From a virus, in the IMG/VR virus record IMGVR_UViG_3300037400_001528: 36,565 nt of DNA; one strand, given 5' to 3'. The stretch's first letter is position 1, and each line of letters begins with the position of its first letter. Of this stretch, positions 1 to 7,894 are shown in pieces. The position numbers and the translations under genes are program-made. Below the pieces are notes generated by a model. The model ran no database searches. It was not told the DNA's origin and worked only from the letters and a program-made list of their open reading frames with translations.

Positions 1-13
1 GGGGGGGGGGGGG
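1..13 (+). repeat. G13 homopolymer (same tract as 36439-36451), 5 nt upstream of the ATG at 19 and inside the 3' end of the DnaC-like CDS
   Basis: 13 consecutive G, then cttaa, then ATG. Confidence 0.9.
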
Positions 14-127
14 CTTAAATGAAGCCCGTCCAGCTGGAGTTTGATTTTGGCGAGTTACCGAACGAAGAAGCAGAGAAACCAAAGCCCGCCCTGCCCCATT
101 TTGACAATCCGAAATGCGACAACGAGC
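1..127. repeat. Terminal overlap copy A, identical to 36439-36565. Indicates a circular or circularly permuted complete genome of 36438 bp.
   Basis: Base-by-base reading shows that G13 followed by cttaaatgaagcccgtccagctgg...gcgacaacgagc is the same at both ends. An overlap of exactly 127 nt is what a k=127 assembler leaves on a circular contig. Confidence 0.95.
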
Positions 128-468
128 GGCTTTTAAACTACCAGTGGGCGTATAAGGAAAACGGCGACCAAAACGCGCTTAATTTCATGTACACGCTGGG
201 GTATAAAATCGCACTAAAGTACATCAGCACTAAGGCGCAGAAAAACAGGCACATAGCGGAACTATGCAGGAGCGACAAAGAGGAAAAGGCGCACAATGCC
301 ATTACCTACATAATCGCCCGCTATCTGAAAGTATCGGATTTTGCGATAAGCGAAAGTTTTACCGCATATTTATATTTGCGAATCCAGCACGAATTATTCT
401 ACACCCGCAAGGTTGATAAAATCGTGCAGTTCGTAGACATGGAAACATTTTACAGGGGGAAGCAATGA
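19..468 (+). CDS. Putative late-gene transcription activator, sigma-70 region-2-like, in the position of ArpU/RinA-type activators
   Basis: 149 aa. GDQNALNFMYTLGYKIALKY...EEKAHNAITYIIARYLKV..FAISESFTAYLYLRIQHELFY follows the sigma-70 region 2 pattern (F.tY....I). It lies between the replication module and the structural genes. Confidence 0.45.
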   Translation: MKPVQLEFDFGELPNEEAEKPKPALPHFDNPKCDNERLLNYQWAYKENGDQNALNFMYTLGYKIALKYISTKAQKNRHIAELCRSDKEEKAHNAITYIIARYLKVSDFAISESFTAYLYLRIQHELFYTRKVDKIVQFVDMETFYRGKQ

Positions 469-755
469 GAAGATACGAACAGGCGAAAGAATACGCCGCC
501 CAAAAATGGAATGATGAAGCATACAGCACGGCGGAAGAAAAAGGCTTTGTTTTCACAATCGGGGAACAAAAGAAAATGACCGAATCCGACTTTTTAGCGG
601 GGTACAATGCCGCAATGGAAGAATGGCGAAAATGCTATTTGCAATGTTCCAGCCCTTACTGTGCGGGATATTTCCGCGACATAAAGAACGCGGGAACGCT
701 GGGAAATATGACAAAAAGAGAGGTAAAAGAAAATGTCATACATGAAAACTTGTAA
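465..755 (+). CDS. Hypothetical protein
   Basis: 96-aa ORF whose ATGA start overlaps the upstream stop. No motif recognised. Confidence 0.6.
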   Translation: MRRYEQAKEYAAQKWNDEAYSTAEEKGFVFTIGEQKKMTESDFLAGYNAAMEEWRKCYLQCSSPYCAGYFRDIKNAGTLGNMTKREVKENVIHENL

Positions 756-918
756 TTGCGGAAAAGAAAACTGGCTTGTAATCCACTACAAACACAATCA
801 CAGCGCGTTTGAATCCCCGAAATACGGCTGGCATAAATCCGCATATTCAGTAATTCAATGTCAAAAATGTAAAACTATATTCAGTTCAAAATCAAAGTAT
901 GTAGATAATCTGCCGTAA
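733..918 (+). CDS. Small Cys-rich (zinc-ribbon-like) protein
   Basis: 61 aa with CNCG near the N-terminus and CQKC near the C-terminus. GAGG lies 8 nt upstream of the ATG. Confidence 0.55.
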   Translation: MSYMKTCNCGKENWLVIHYKHNHSAFESPKYGWHKSAYSVIQCQKCKTIFSSKSKYVDNLP

Positions 919-950
919 GTAAAAGGCGGCTGTTGCAGGGAGATTTTATA

Positions 951-1250
951 ATGCTGATATTTCCACTAAAAAAACAATGGTATGAGAAAATCAAGAGCGG
1001 CGAAAAAACGATAGAGTATCGGGAAGTAAAACCCTATTGGACTGACCGACTTTATAGGGAACTTGGATTTTTAGCAGGGCGGCATAAAATGACAAAGCCA
1101 ATTTTCTGCAAGTTGCGGCTCGGCTACACAAATACATACATGACCGCCACTATAACAGATATTGAGATTGTGAACGGAAAAGACACCGATTTACAAATTG
1201 ACCGCAGGGTTTACGCAATACATCTATCAGATGTAAGCGAGGTGCAATAA
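951..1250 (+). CDS. ASCH-domain-like protein
   Basis: MLIFPLKKQWYEKIKSGEKTIEYRE is the typical ASCH N-terminus. An AGGGAG RBS precedes the ATG at 951, so the ORF-track start at 933 is probably too early. Confidence 0.55.
   Translation: MLIFPLKKQWYEKIKSGEKTIEYREVKPYWTDRLYRELGFLAGRHKMTKPIFCKLRLGYTNTYMTATITDIEIVNGKDTDLQIDRRVYAIHLSDVSEVQ
1225..1244 (+). repeat. 20-nt direct repeat copy 1 (tatcagatgtaagcgaggtg)
   Basis: Exact match to 1513-1532. Covers the 3' end of the ASCH gene and the RBS of the next gene. Confidence 0.9.
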
Positions 1251-1561
1251 TGCCAGTTCCCGACATTCAAGAAATGTATCACGACTTCGGACATTGTGAG
1301 TTTTGCGACAAATGTTTTCAAGATGATTATTTTGTCCTCGTTCTATTCGACAACGAAAAGGCGGGCGCGGAAAACGAACTGCGCATTTTTGAGATGTGCA
1401 AGGACTGCCGCGAAAAATGCCGCACCGACAGGGCGTTTGAAAGATACGCAACAGAAAAAGCATTTAAATTAAAGCTGGGGCGCAGGATAAAGAGAAAAAA
1501 AATAAAATCAAATATCAGATGTAAGCGAGGTGTAAGAAAAGTGGAATCCCGAACTTTATAA
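1250..1561 (+). CDS. Small zinc-finger-like protein with a basic C-terminus
   Basis: 103 aa with CEFCDKC and CKDCREKC motifs. Its start overlaps the upstream stop (TAATG). The gene is bracketed by the 20-nt direct repeats. Confidence 0.6.
   Translation: MPVPDIQEMYHDFGHCEFCDKCFQDDYFVLVLFDNEKAGAENELRIFEMCKDCREKCRTDRAFERYATEKAFKLKLGRRIKRKKIKSNIRCKRGVRKVESRTL
1513..1532 (+). repeat. 20-nt direct repeat copy 2
   Basis: Exact match to 1225-1244, 288 nt downstream. Confidence 0.9.
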
Positions 1562-1643
1562 ACAAATTAGAGTAGCCCGCACTTTTGGAAAAAGTATAAA
1601 AGGTTTTTTTATCAATTAGGGGAAATTTTCCCCTATTTATAAA

Positions 1644-1653
1644 AATGACTATA
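1644..1653 (+). promoter_or_regulatory. Late motif AATGACTATA, copy 1
   Basis: Perfect 10-mer followed by TAGGC. Lies in the 245-nt non-coding gap ahead of the head genes. Confidence 0.6.
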
Positions 1654-1668
1654 TAGGCAACAGACACC

Positions 1669-1714
1669 GACGGCGGGAACGCACCGCACCTCGCGCCCTG
1701 CCGTCTTTTTTTTT
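1669..1714 (+). terminator. Intrinsic terminator-like hairpin plus T9, between two late-motif copies
   Basis: gacggcggg (1669-1677) pairs with ccctgccgtc (1696-1705) with one bulge, followed by nine T (1706-1714). Confidence 0.6.
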
Positions 1715-1735
1715 GCATACAACGCCATTTTTATA

Positions 1736-1745
1736 AATGACTATG
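1736..1745 (+). promoter_or_regulatory. Late motif variant AATGACTATG, copy 2 (9 of 10)
   Basis: One mismatch at the last base, followed by TATATAGCGG. About 80 nt upstream of the scaffold gene. Confidence 0.5.
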
Positions 1746-1827
1746 TATATAGCGGCGAAACGGCGCGTAATCCGTTTCTATCCTATTGGCTGGCAAGCCG
1801 TAAAAAATGCGTAGGGAGATAAACAAA

Positions 1828-2370
1828 ATGAAGCGTGATTTTTTGGAAAGTTTGGGGCTGGAATCAGAAGTAATCGACAAGATTATGAAAGAGAACGGCA
1901 AGGACATTGAGGGCGTAAAGGCGAAGTTCGCCGACTATGACGACATCAAGAAACAGCTTGAAACCGCCAACACAACGCTGGAGAAGTTCAAAGACTACGA
2001 CCAAACGAAAGCCGATGTCGAGAAGTACAAGACAGAGCTTAAAAAATCGCAGGAAGAAAGCGCGGCAAAAATTGCCAACTTGGAGCGTTCGGGAAAAGTA
2101 AAAGATTACCTTTCGGGCAAAAAGTTTGTAAACAAAATCACACAGGACGCAATCACCGCGAAAATGTGCGAAGCATTGGGAGCAGACGAAAGCAAGGGAA
2201 AGAATCTTGATGATATTTTCGCCGAAATCACAAAAGACCAGTCAGACATCTTGAAAGACGATACAAAGCCGACCCCGCCAGTTGTTCCAGCAATGGGTGG
2301 AAAAGGCGGAAAGTCTGATGACGACGCACAGGCGCGGGCAGTAATGGGCTTGCCGCCTAAAAAAGATTAA
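1828..2370 (+). CDS. Scaffolding protein (GP20-like)
   Basis: MKRDFLESLGLESEVIDKIMKENGKDIE... is charged, helical and coiled-coil-like, and sits directly upstream of the capsid gene. AGGGAGA RBS before the ATG at 1828. Confidence 0.65.
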   Translation: MKRDFLESLGLESEVIDKIMKENGKDIEGVKAKFADYDDIKKQLETANTTLEKFKDYDQTKADVEKYKTELKKSQEESAAKIANLERSGKVKDYLSGKKFVNKITQDAITAKMCEALGADESKGKNLDDIFAEITKDQSDILKDDTKPTPPVVPAMGGKGGKSDDDAQARAVMGLPPKKD

Positions 2371-2387
2371 ACAGGAGATTTTAAACT

Positions 2388-3254
2388 ATGGCTAATCAGA
2401 TTGCAAAGTTTAAGAAGTATGTAGCACTTCTTGACGAAGTCTATCAGAACGAATCAAAGACCGCCGTACTTGAAAGCGACGCAACACTCGCACAGGCAGG
2501 CGCAAACGCAAACGAAATTGTTATCCCTAAGCTCGACATGGACGGCTTGGGAGATTATGACCGCAACAGTGGATATGTAAACGGAAATGTCACATTGACT
2601 AACGAAACCGTACAGTTTAACTATGACCGCGGTCGTAAGTTCAGTGTTGATAATATGGATAATGAGGAAACCGCAGGGCTTGCATTTGGAAAGCTCGCGT
2701 CCGAGTTTATTCGTACCAAGGTAACACCCGAGCAGGACGCTTTTAGATTTGCAAAATACGCAGAGCTTGCAGGCACTAAAGTCAGCGGTACACTTTCCGC
2801 TGGTACAGATGTACTCGCCGCATTGCAGGCAGCAACCGCCGCAATGGATAACGACGAAGTACCAAGCGAAAACCGTCACTTGTTTATTACACCTGCCCTG
2901 CTCATTGCGGCGCAGAATGTAGACACAAACAAGAGCCGCGATATTTTGGGCGCATTTGCAAGTATTACAAAAGTTCCGCAGGCTCGCTTTTATACCGCCA
3001 TTGCACTTAAAAACGGTAAGTCAAGCGGCGAAGAGGACGGCGGATTTGAAAAAGCAGAGGGCGGCAAAGATATTAACTTCTTGATTGCCGAAAAATCCGC
3101 AGTAATGCAGTACACAAAGCACAAGGTTAATAAGGCAATCCCGCCCGAAGATAACCCCGACGCTGACGCATGGATTTTTAACTTCCGAGCTTATGGTCTT
3201 TCGGACGTTTACGAAAACAAAACAGCAGGAATCTACCTGCACCACAAGGCATAA
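2388..3254 (+). CDS. Major capsid protein
   Basis: 288 aa immediately after the scaffold gene. GGAG RBS and no strong competing ORFs. Position and size are typical of a siphophage MCP. Confidence 0.7.
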   Translation: MANQIAKFKKYVALLDEVYQNESKTAVLESDATLAQAGANANEIVIPKLDMDGLGDYDRNSGYVNGNVTLTNETVQFNYDRGRKFSVDNMDNEETAGLAFGKLASEFIRTKVTPEQDAFRFAKYAELAGTKVSGTLSAGTDVLAALQAATAAMDNDEVPSENRHLFITPALLIAAQNVDTNKSRDILGAFASITKVPQARFYTAIALKNGKSSGEEDGGFEKAEGGKDINFLIAEKSAVMQYTKHKVNKAIPPEDNPDADAWIFNFRAYGLSDVYENKTAGIYLHHKA

Positions 3255-3265
3255 CGGGGGCACAC

Positions 3266-3490
3266 ATGAAAACAGTAGGATATTTGCCTAAAGCAACAAA
3301 GCCGAAAGACGACGCTGACAAGGGCACAAAAACAGCCAACGGAAACGGCGGCAAAGGTGGGAACAAACCAGCCAACACCGACGGAAAGAAAGCCGATGGT
3401 GTGGACGGCGGTGGAAACAAGCCGAAAGACGACGCTGACCCAGCAACAGGCGACACAGCCGACAGCGGGAAAGACAGCGGCGCAAAATAA
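3266..3490 (+). CDS. Low-complexity Gly/Lys/Asp-rich protein (possible head decoration or disordered protein)
   Basis: 74 aa. KPKDDAD occurs twice, encoded by a 21-nt exact DNA repeat (3299-3319 and 3419-3439). Confidence 0.5.
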   Translation: MKTVGYLPKATKPKDDADKGTKTANGNGGKGGNKPANTDGKKADGVDGGGNKPKDDADPATGDTADSGKDSGAK

Positions 3491-3502
3491 GGAGCGGGCG
3501 GA

Positions 3503-3892
3503 ATGTTCGAGAATGTAAACTACACATATTATAGCGATACTCTAGGGCGTTCCGCCGTTCCCAGCGAAGCGGATTTTAACAACTACGCCGACGACAACAA
3601 AATGTTTGTGAAACAGCTTGTAAACGACGGCATAGTAACGGAGCGGGAAGAAAACGGGCTTGATATTGCCGTTTGCAGAATGATTGAAATTGATTATCTG
3701 ACCGCGCAGGAAGCGAGCGGAGCGGCGGCAGAAAACGGCGGAAGCGTAGCAAGCGAAAGCATTAACGGCTATTCGTACAGTTACGACAAAACCGCCCAGC
3801 AGGAAGCCGTGAAGCTGAACGCAAAGAGTGCGGCGGCTAAGAAAATCGACATCATAAAACTGTATAACGACTATGACGCGGGGGTGCGCTAA
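3503..3892 (+). CDS. Head-tail connector or head completion protein (assigned by position)
   Basis: 129 aa, first of four small genes between the capsid and major tail genes. Confidence 0.4.
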   Translation: MFENVNYTYYSDTLGRSAVPSEADFNNYADDNKMFVKQLVNDGIVTEREENGLDIAVCRMIEIDYLTAQEASGAAAENGGSVASESINGYSYSYDKTAQQEAVKLNAKSAAAKKIDIIKLYNDYDAGVR

Positions 3893-4248
3893 TGCGAGCA
3901 ATCCCGCTGAAACTGCTTGTTCATTCATGCACATTGAAGAAACAGGCAGGACTAGACCGCAACAGAAACCCGACCTACACCGAAACCGTATTGAAGCGCG
4001 TCCGAATCGGCGCAACCTTTCAGACATTGCGGGGCAGTATCGGGGAAACGAAAGCCGACACCATGACGCTGATAATTGACGCTAAAAACACGCGCTATGA
4101 AACGGCGGCAGGGGAACAGACAGCGGCAGTTATTCCCGCACAAAATGACGCTATAGAATGGCAGGGGCATAGCTTCACCGTTAGGAGCGTTACACCATGC
4201 TACGCGCAGGGAAACGCCCCGCACCATTGGGAGGCAACGCTTGAATAA
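3892..4248 (+). CDS. Minor capsid / head-tail joining protein (assigned by position)
   Basis: 118 aa with an ATG overlapping the upstream stop. Lies in the head-to-tail connector gene block. Confidence 0.45.
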   Translation: MRAIPLKLLVHSCTLKKQAGLDRNRNPTYTETVLKRVRIGATFQTLRGSIGETKADTMTLIIDAKNTRYETAAGEQTAAVIPAQNDAIEWQGHSFTVRSVTPCYAQGNAPHHWEATLE

Positions 4249-4609
4249 GGACGGCGGAATAACATTCACGGTCAAAGGAAAGTTTGACGCACAGGCGGCA
4301 AAGGCACGAATCGGCACAGCGATACGCAAGGCGCAGATGAAACTTGACCAACAGGTAATAACGGACAGCAACTTTTTCTGCCCCTTGAAAACAGGAGCTT
4401 TGCAGAAATCGGCGCAAATAAATACCGTAATCGGAAGCGGGGTTGTGGTTTGGCGCACACCATACGCAAGGGCGCAGTATTACGGCGTGAACTTTGACCG
4501 AAGCAAAGACCCGAACCCGAACGCCTGTGCGAAATGGTTTGAGGCGGCGAAAGCTCGGAAAATGGAGCAATGGAGAAAACTTGTAGATGATACAGTCAAA
4601 AATAGCTGA
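4241..4609 (+). CDS. HK97 gp10-like / minor capsid 2-like tail-head joining protein
   Basis: PLKTGALQKS...WRTPYARAQYYG...AKWFE matches the gp10-family pattern (P..TG.L..S, w..pYA...yy, Wfe). TTG start with a GGGAGG RBS 7 nt upstream. Confidence 0.5.
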   Translation: MNKDGGITFTVKGKFDAQAAKARIGTAIRKAQMKLDQQVITDSNFFCPLKTGALQKSAQINTVIGSGVVVWRTPYARAQYYGVNFDRSKDPNPNACAKWFEAAKARKMEQWRKLVDDTVKNS

Positions 4610-4979
4610 GACAATCAGCGCATGGGTGGAAACCGCCCTGGATTTGCCGTTTACAATCTATTGCGACCTTATACCCGACGAAGATGCCGACGGCGCGTGT
4701 GTAAGGCACGACCCGACACCAGCCGCAGAGAAACGCTTTATCGACGGTACGCGAAAAGTTTCGTGGAATTTCACATTTTATACAAGATGCAGGGATGCGG
4801 GAAACGCGCTTGAGTACGGAAAGCAGATTGTAGACAAGCTGGACGGCGCAACAATCGAAAGCACCGAAAACATAAAAATAGATTGCGAAGCGGTAACGCT
4901 CCCGCAGTTTATTGACACCGACGCAAAAGGGTTTACGACCTATGCGGAATCGGTAAAATGCACATTTTTAGAGGAGTAA
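4587..4979 (+). CDS. Tail completion / minor capsid 3-like protein (assigned by position)
   Basis: 130 aa directly upstream of the major tail gene. Confidence 0.4.
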   Translation: MIQSKIAETISAWVETALDLPFTIYCDLIPDEDADGACVRHDPTPAAEKRFIDGTRKVSWNFTFYTRCRDAGNALEYGKQIVDKLDGATIESTENIKIDCEAVTLPQFIDTDAKGFTTYAESVKCTFLEE

Positions 4980-4986
4980 AAAGACT

Positions 4987-5523
4987 ATGGGAGAACTCAT
5001 CAAAAAAACAAAAGTCGTGCCGTTCATCAACACAGGCACTAGCTCAACCCCGGTATGGACGCAGATAAAAAAGTCTACGAGCTTCACGCTTTCTATGAAT
5101 CCGCAGACAAAGACATTTGATTTTATTTCCTGCGAACACCCGCAAAATGAAATCGACAGTTACCAGCCGAGCCTTGCGCAGGAAATCACCATGTTCAAGG
5201 GAGAACCCGACTACGAAACAATCTTTGATATGCTTTACAACAGGGCAACAGGAGCGGACGCACACCGCGACGCAATGATTGTTTTTTACAAGGAATCTGG
5301 AAGCTACACACCCGATGGGGAAAGTGAAAGCATTACCGTATACAAGGCTTGGAAGATTGACGCACTCGTCACAATCAACCAGATGGACACGGTAAATGAA
5401 AACATCGGCTTTGATTTGGGCTTGAACGAAATCGAAAACGGTGCGGTCGAAATCGGCGAGGGCGGCGCACCTTCATTCATTGCCGGAGAATGGAACGGCA
5501 ACACATTTGCACCTGCCGCATGA
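4987..5523 (+). CDS. Major tail (tube) protein
   Basis: 178 aa with a GAGGAG RBS, followed by a Gp15-like chaperone gene. No sheath gene is present, so the tail is non-contractile. Confidence 0.6.
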   Translation: MGELIKKTKVVPFINTGTSSTPVWTQIKKSTSFTLSMNPQTKTFDFISCEHPQNEIDSYQPSLAQEITMFKGEPDYETIFDMLYNRATGADAHRDAMIVFYKESGSYTPDGESESITVYKAWKIDALVTINQMDTVNENIGFDLGLNEIENGAVEIGEGGAPSFIAGEWNGNTFAPAA

Positions 5524-6083
5524 TAAACTTAAAAAAAACAGGGTTGCCCGAAGCCGTAGAGGTTGACGGCGACCTTTACCCCGTATACACATCGTTCAAG
5601 TTTTGGATTAGGTTTTTTGAACTGCTGGCCAATAAAAACACGCCGCCCGATGATTTTGATTTTATGTATTCCACGGTCGCAAAACCGCAAAGCCGATTAA
5701 ACGGGGTTATTGCGCTCGTGCAATTCGGCAACCCGCCGCAGGAACTGCCGAGAACCCAAGGCGACGACCCGGAAAAAGCCGTTGATTATGCCGTAGACGC
5801 AGATTATATCTATGCGGCATTTATGGAGCAGTATGGAATAGACCTCATTAAAAGTGATATGCACTGGTACGAGTTCCAGGCACTTTTTAGGGGGCTGCAC
5901 GATACAAAGCTGAATGAAATCATCGGCTACAGGCTCTACGAGAACACCAGCGGGAAGCCAGATGCTTACACCCGTCAGATGGAAAAGCTGCGGAGCGCGT
6001 GGGAACTCCCGCAGGACAATGAAGAAGAGGACGAAGCCTTAAAGGAGTTTGAAGCAAAGCTGTACCCCGGCGGGGAAAACTGA
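5520..6083 (+). CDS. Tail assembly chaperone-like protein (Gp15-like)
   Basis: ATGA start overlaps the upstream stop. MINLKKTGLPEAVEVDGDLYPVYTSFKFWIRF... resembles the Gp15 family found after siphophage major tail genes. Confidence 0.45.
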   Translation: MINLKKTGLPEAVEVDGDLYPVYTSFKFWIRFFELLANKNTPPDDFDFMYSTVAKPQSRLNGVIALVQFGNPPQELPRTQGDDPEKAVDYAVDADYIYAAFMEQYGIDLIKSDMHWYEFQALFRGLHDTKLNEIIGYRLYENTSGKPDAYTRQMEKLRSAWELPQDNEEEDEALKEFEAKLYPGGEN

Positions 6084-6088
6084 CTATA
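6079..6088 (+). promoter_or_regulatory. Late motif variant ACTGACTATA (9 of 10), 5 nt upstream of the methyltransferase ATG
   Basis: TGACTATAA is shared with the copies at 9155 and 12894. Confidence 0.35.
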
Positions 6089-6093
6089 AAAGT

Positions 6094-7507
6094 ATGAGGA
6101 TAACCTGCGAAACAAAAGACACCCTGCCGCTATCCGCTTTGACCGAGTTTCAAGGCGGATTAAAGAAGCGCACGGCAGAAGATACAAAGAAAATCGAAAA
6201 GAGCATAAACGATTACGGCTTCGCGACGCCGTTTTTTGTTTGGAAGCATGACGGCATAAACAGCGTGCTAGACGGACACGGACGGTTACAGACATTAAAG
6301 GAAATGCAGCAGCGCGGCGAAGAAATCCCCGCCCTGCCCGTCGTATACATCGACTGCGCCAACGAAGCAGCCGCCAAAAATCTATTATTACGCATTTGCA
6401 GCACATACGGCGAAATGACAGCGCAGACCGTCCACGACTTCATTAAAGAGCTTGAAATCGCGTTCGACGATATACGCCTGCCATGCGGCACAATCGACCT
6501 CACCCCGCTAGATAAAAAGAAAATGGACGACACCAAAAAGACATTGCGCCAGCAATTTCTAGTGCCGCCCTTTTCCGTATTAGATACCCGTCAAGGCTAT
6601 TGGCAAGACCGCAAAAAGCAGTGGAAAAGCATAGGCATAAAATCCGAAGAGGGGCGCGACAATAAGATGTTGAAGCACCTCAAAGAAAATGCCAGCAAAG
6701 TGAACGGCGGCGCAGAAAACACATTGAGCGAAGTATCAATCTTCGACCCCGTATTATGCGAAACAATGTACACATGGTTTTGTATGCCACACGGCAGCGT
6801 ATTAGACCCATTCGCAGGGGGAAGCGTTCGGGGCATTGTAGCCAGCTATAAACACATGAAATACACGGGCTTTGACATTCGCCCCGAACAGGTAGAAGCC
6901 AACGAAAAACAAAAGGTGATCTGCGACGGCAACGAATACGCCCCGCAATGGATTTGTAAAGACAGCGCGAAAATGGGCGAAGTGCTGGGGGGGGGGCGAA
7001 ATGTACGATTTTGTATTTAGCTGCCCACCCTATGCAGATTTAGAAAAATACAGCGACATTGACGGCGACATCTCAAATATGGATTATCCTCAGTTTTTGG
7101 AAACATACCGCGCAATCATCAAGGCGGCCGTTTCACATCTGAAAGATAACCGCTTCGCCGTTTTTGTAGTCGGCGAGGTACGAAATAAAAAGACGGGCGA
7201 ATATTATAATTTTGTACCCGACACAATAAAGGCATTTGAGGACGCGGGCTTAAAATATTACAACGAAATCATATTGCTAAATGTAGCAGGCGGGAAAGCG
7301 TACACAGCAGGGCACGACGCAAAGAAAAGCCGCAAGATTGCAAAAGTACATCAGAATATACTCGCATTTGTAAAAGGCGACGCAGACGAAGCGGCGAAAA
7401 TCCACGAGCAAGTTTTAGTTTTCCTCAAAGGAAACAGCAAAGAAGCTAACGCCGATTTAGGCGACTTCCGCGCCGATAACTGCATATTGCCCGAAATGTT
7501 CGAGTAA
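6094..7507 (+). pseudogene. ParB-like N-terminal domain fused to an N6A/N4C DNA methyltransferase, split by a +1 frameshift in a G10 tract
   Basis: The upstream frame (6094-7020) has the ParB/Srx-like DGHGR motif and the AdoMet motif I DPFAGGS. The downstream frame (7001-7507) starts MYDFVFSCPPY (motif IV, PPY). Deleting one G gives the in-frame junction ...LGGGEMYDFVFSCPPY... Confidence 0.75.
6987..6996 (+). repeat. G10 homopolymer at the methyltransferase frameshift, 4 nt upstream of the ATG at 7001
   Basis: ctgGGGGGGGGGGcgaaATG read directly from the sequence. Confidence 0.9.
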
Positions 7508-7534
7508 ATCCGATTTTTCCGAAACGGTGGCACA

Positions 7535-7894
7535 ATGGGCAGAAAGAAAAAGATTTATAAAAAAGCAGATATTCTCGAAGCCATAAAAGGTAGCGGCGGC
7601 ATAGTAACAACCGTCGCCCTCGCCTTAAATTGCGATTGGCACACCGCAAAGGCAAACATAGAGAAATACGAAGAAACCCGCGAAGCGTTCGACGGCGAAT
7701 TAGAAACGGGGCTGGATTTGGTAGAGGGCAAAGCATATCAGCAGGCAAAGAACGGCGACGGCGCGATGATACGCTTTATTTTAGCAACTAAAGGACGCAA
7801 ACGCGGCTACGGCGAAACAGCCCCGCAGGAATTGGACGACGCAGAGGATAACGAGCTGACAATCGAAATAGTGGACGGCGACGATGAGGATTAA
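7535..7894 (+). CDS. terS: Terminase small subunit
   Basis: 119 aa with an N-terminal HTH-like segment (ILEAIKGSGGIVTTVALALNCDWHTAKANIEKY) and an acidic tail. Overlaps the terL start. Confidence 0.65.
   Translation: MGRKKKIYKKADILEAIKGSGGIVTTVALALNCDWHTAKANIEKYEETREAFDGELETGLDLVEGKAYQQAKNGDGAMIRFILATKGRKRGYGETAPQELDDAEDNELTIEIVDGDDED

Noticed and set aside
1644-1658. Resemblance of the late motif (GACTATATAGG) to T7/SP6-type single-subunit RNAP promoters (..GACTCACTATAGG / ..GACACTATAGAAG)
   Set aside because: No single-subunit RNA polymerase gene is present in this fully accounted 36.4-kb genome. The match is partial. A host RNAP redirected by a phage sigma-like factor is the simpler reading.
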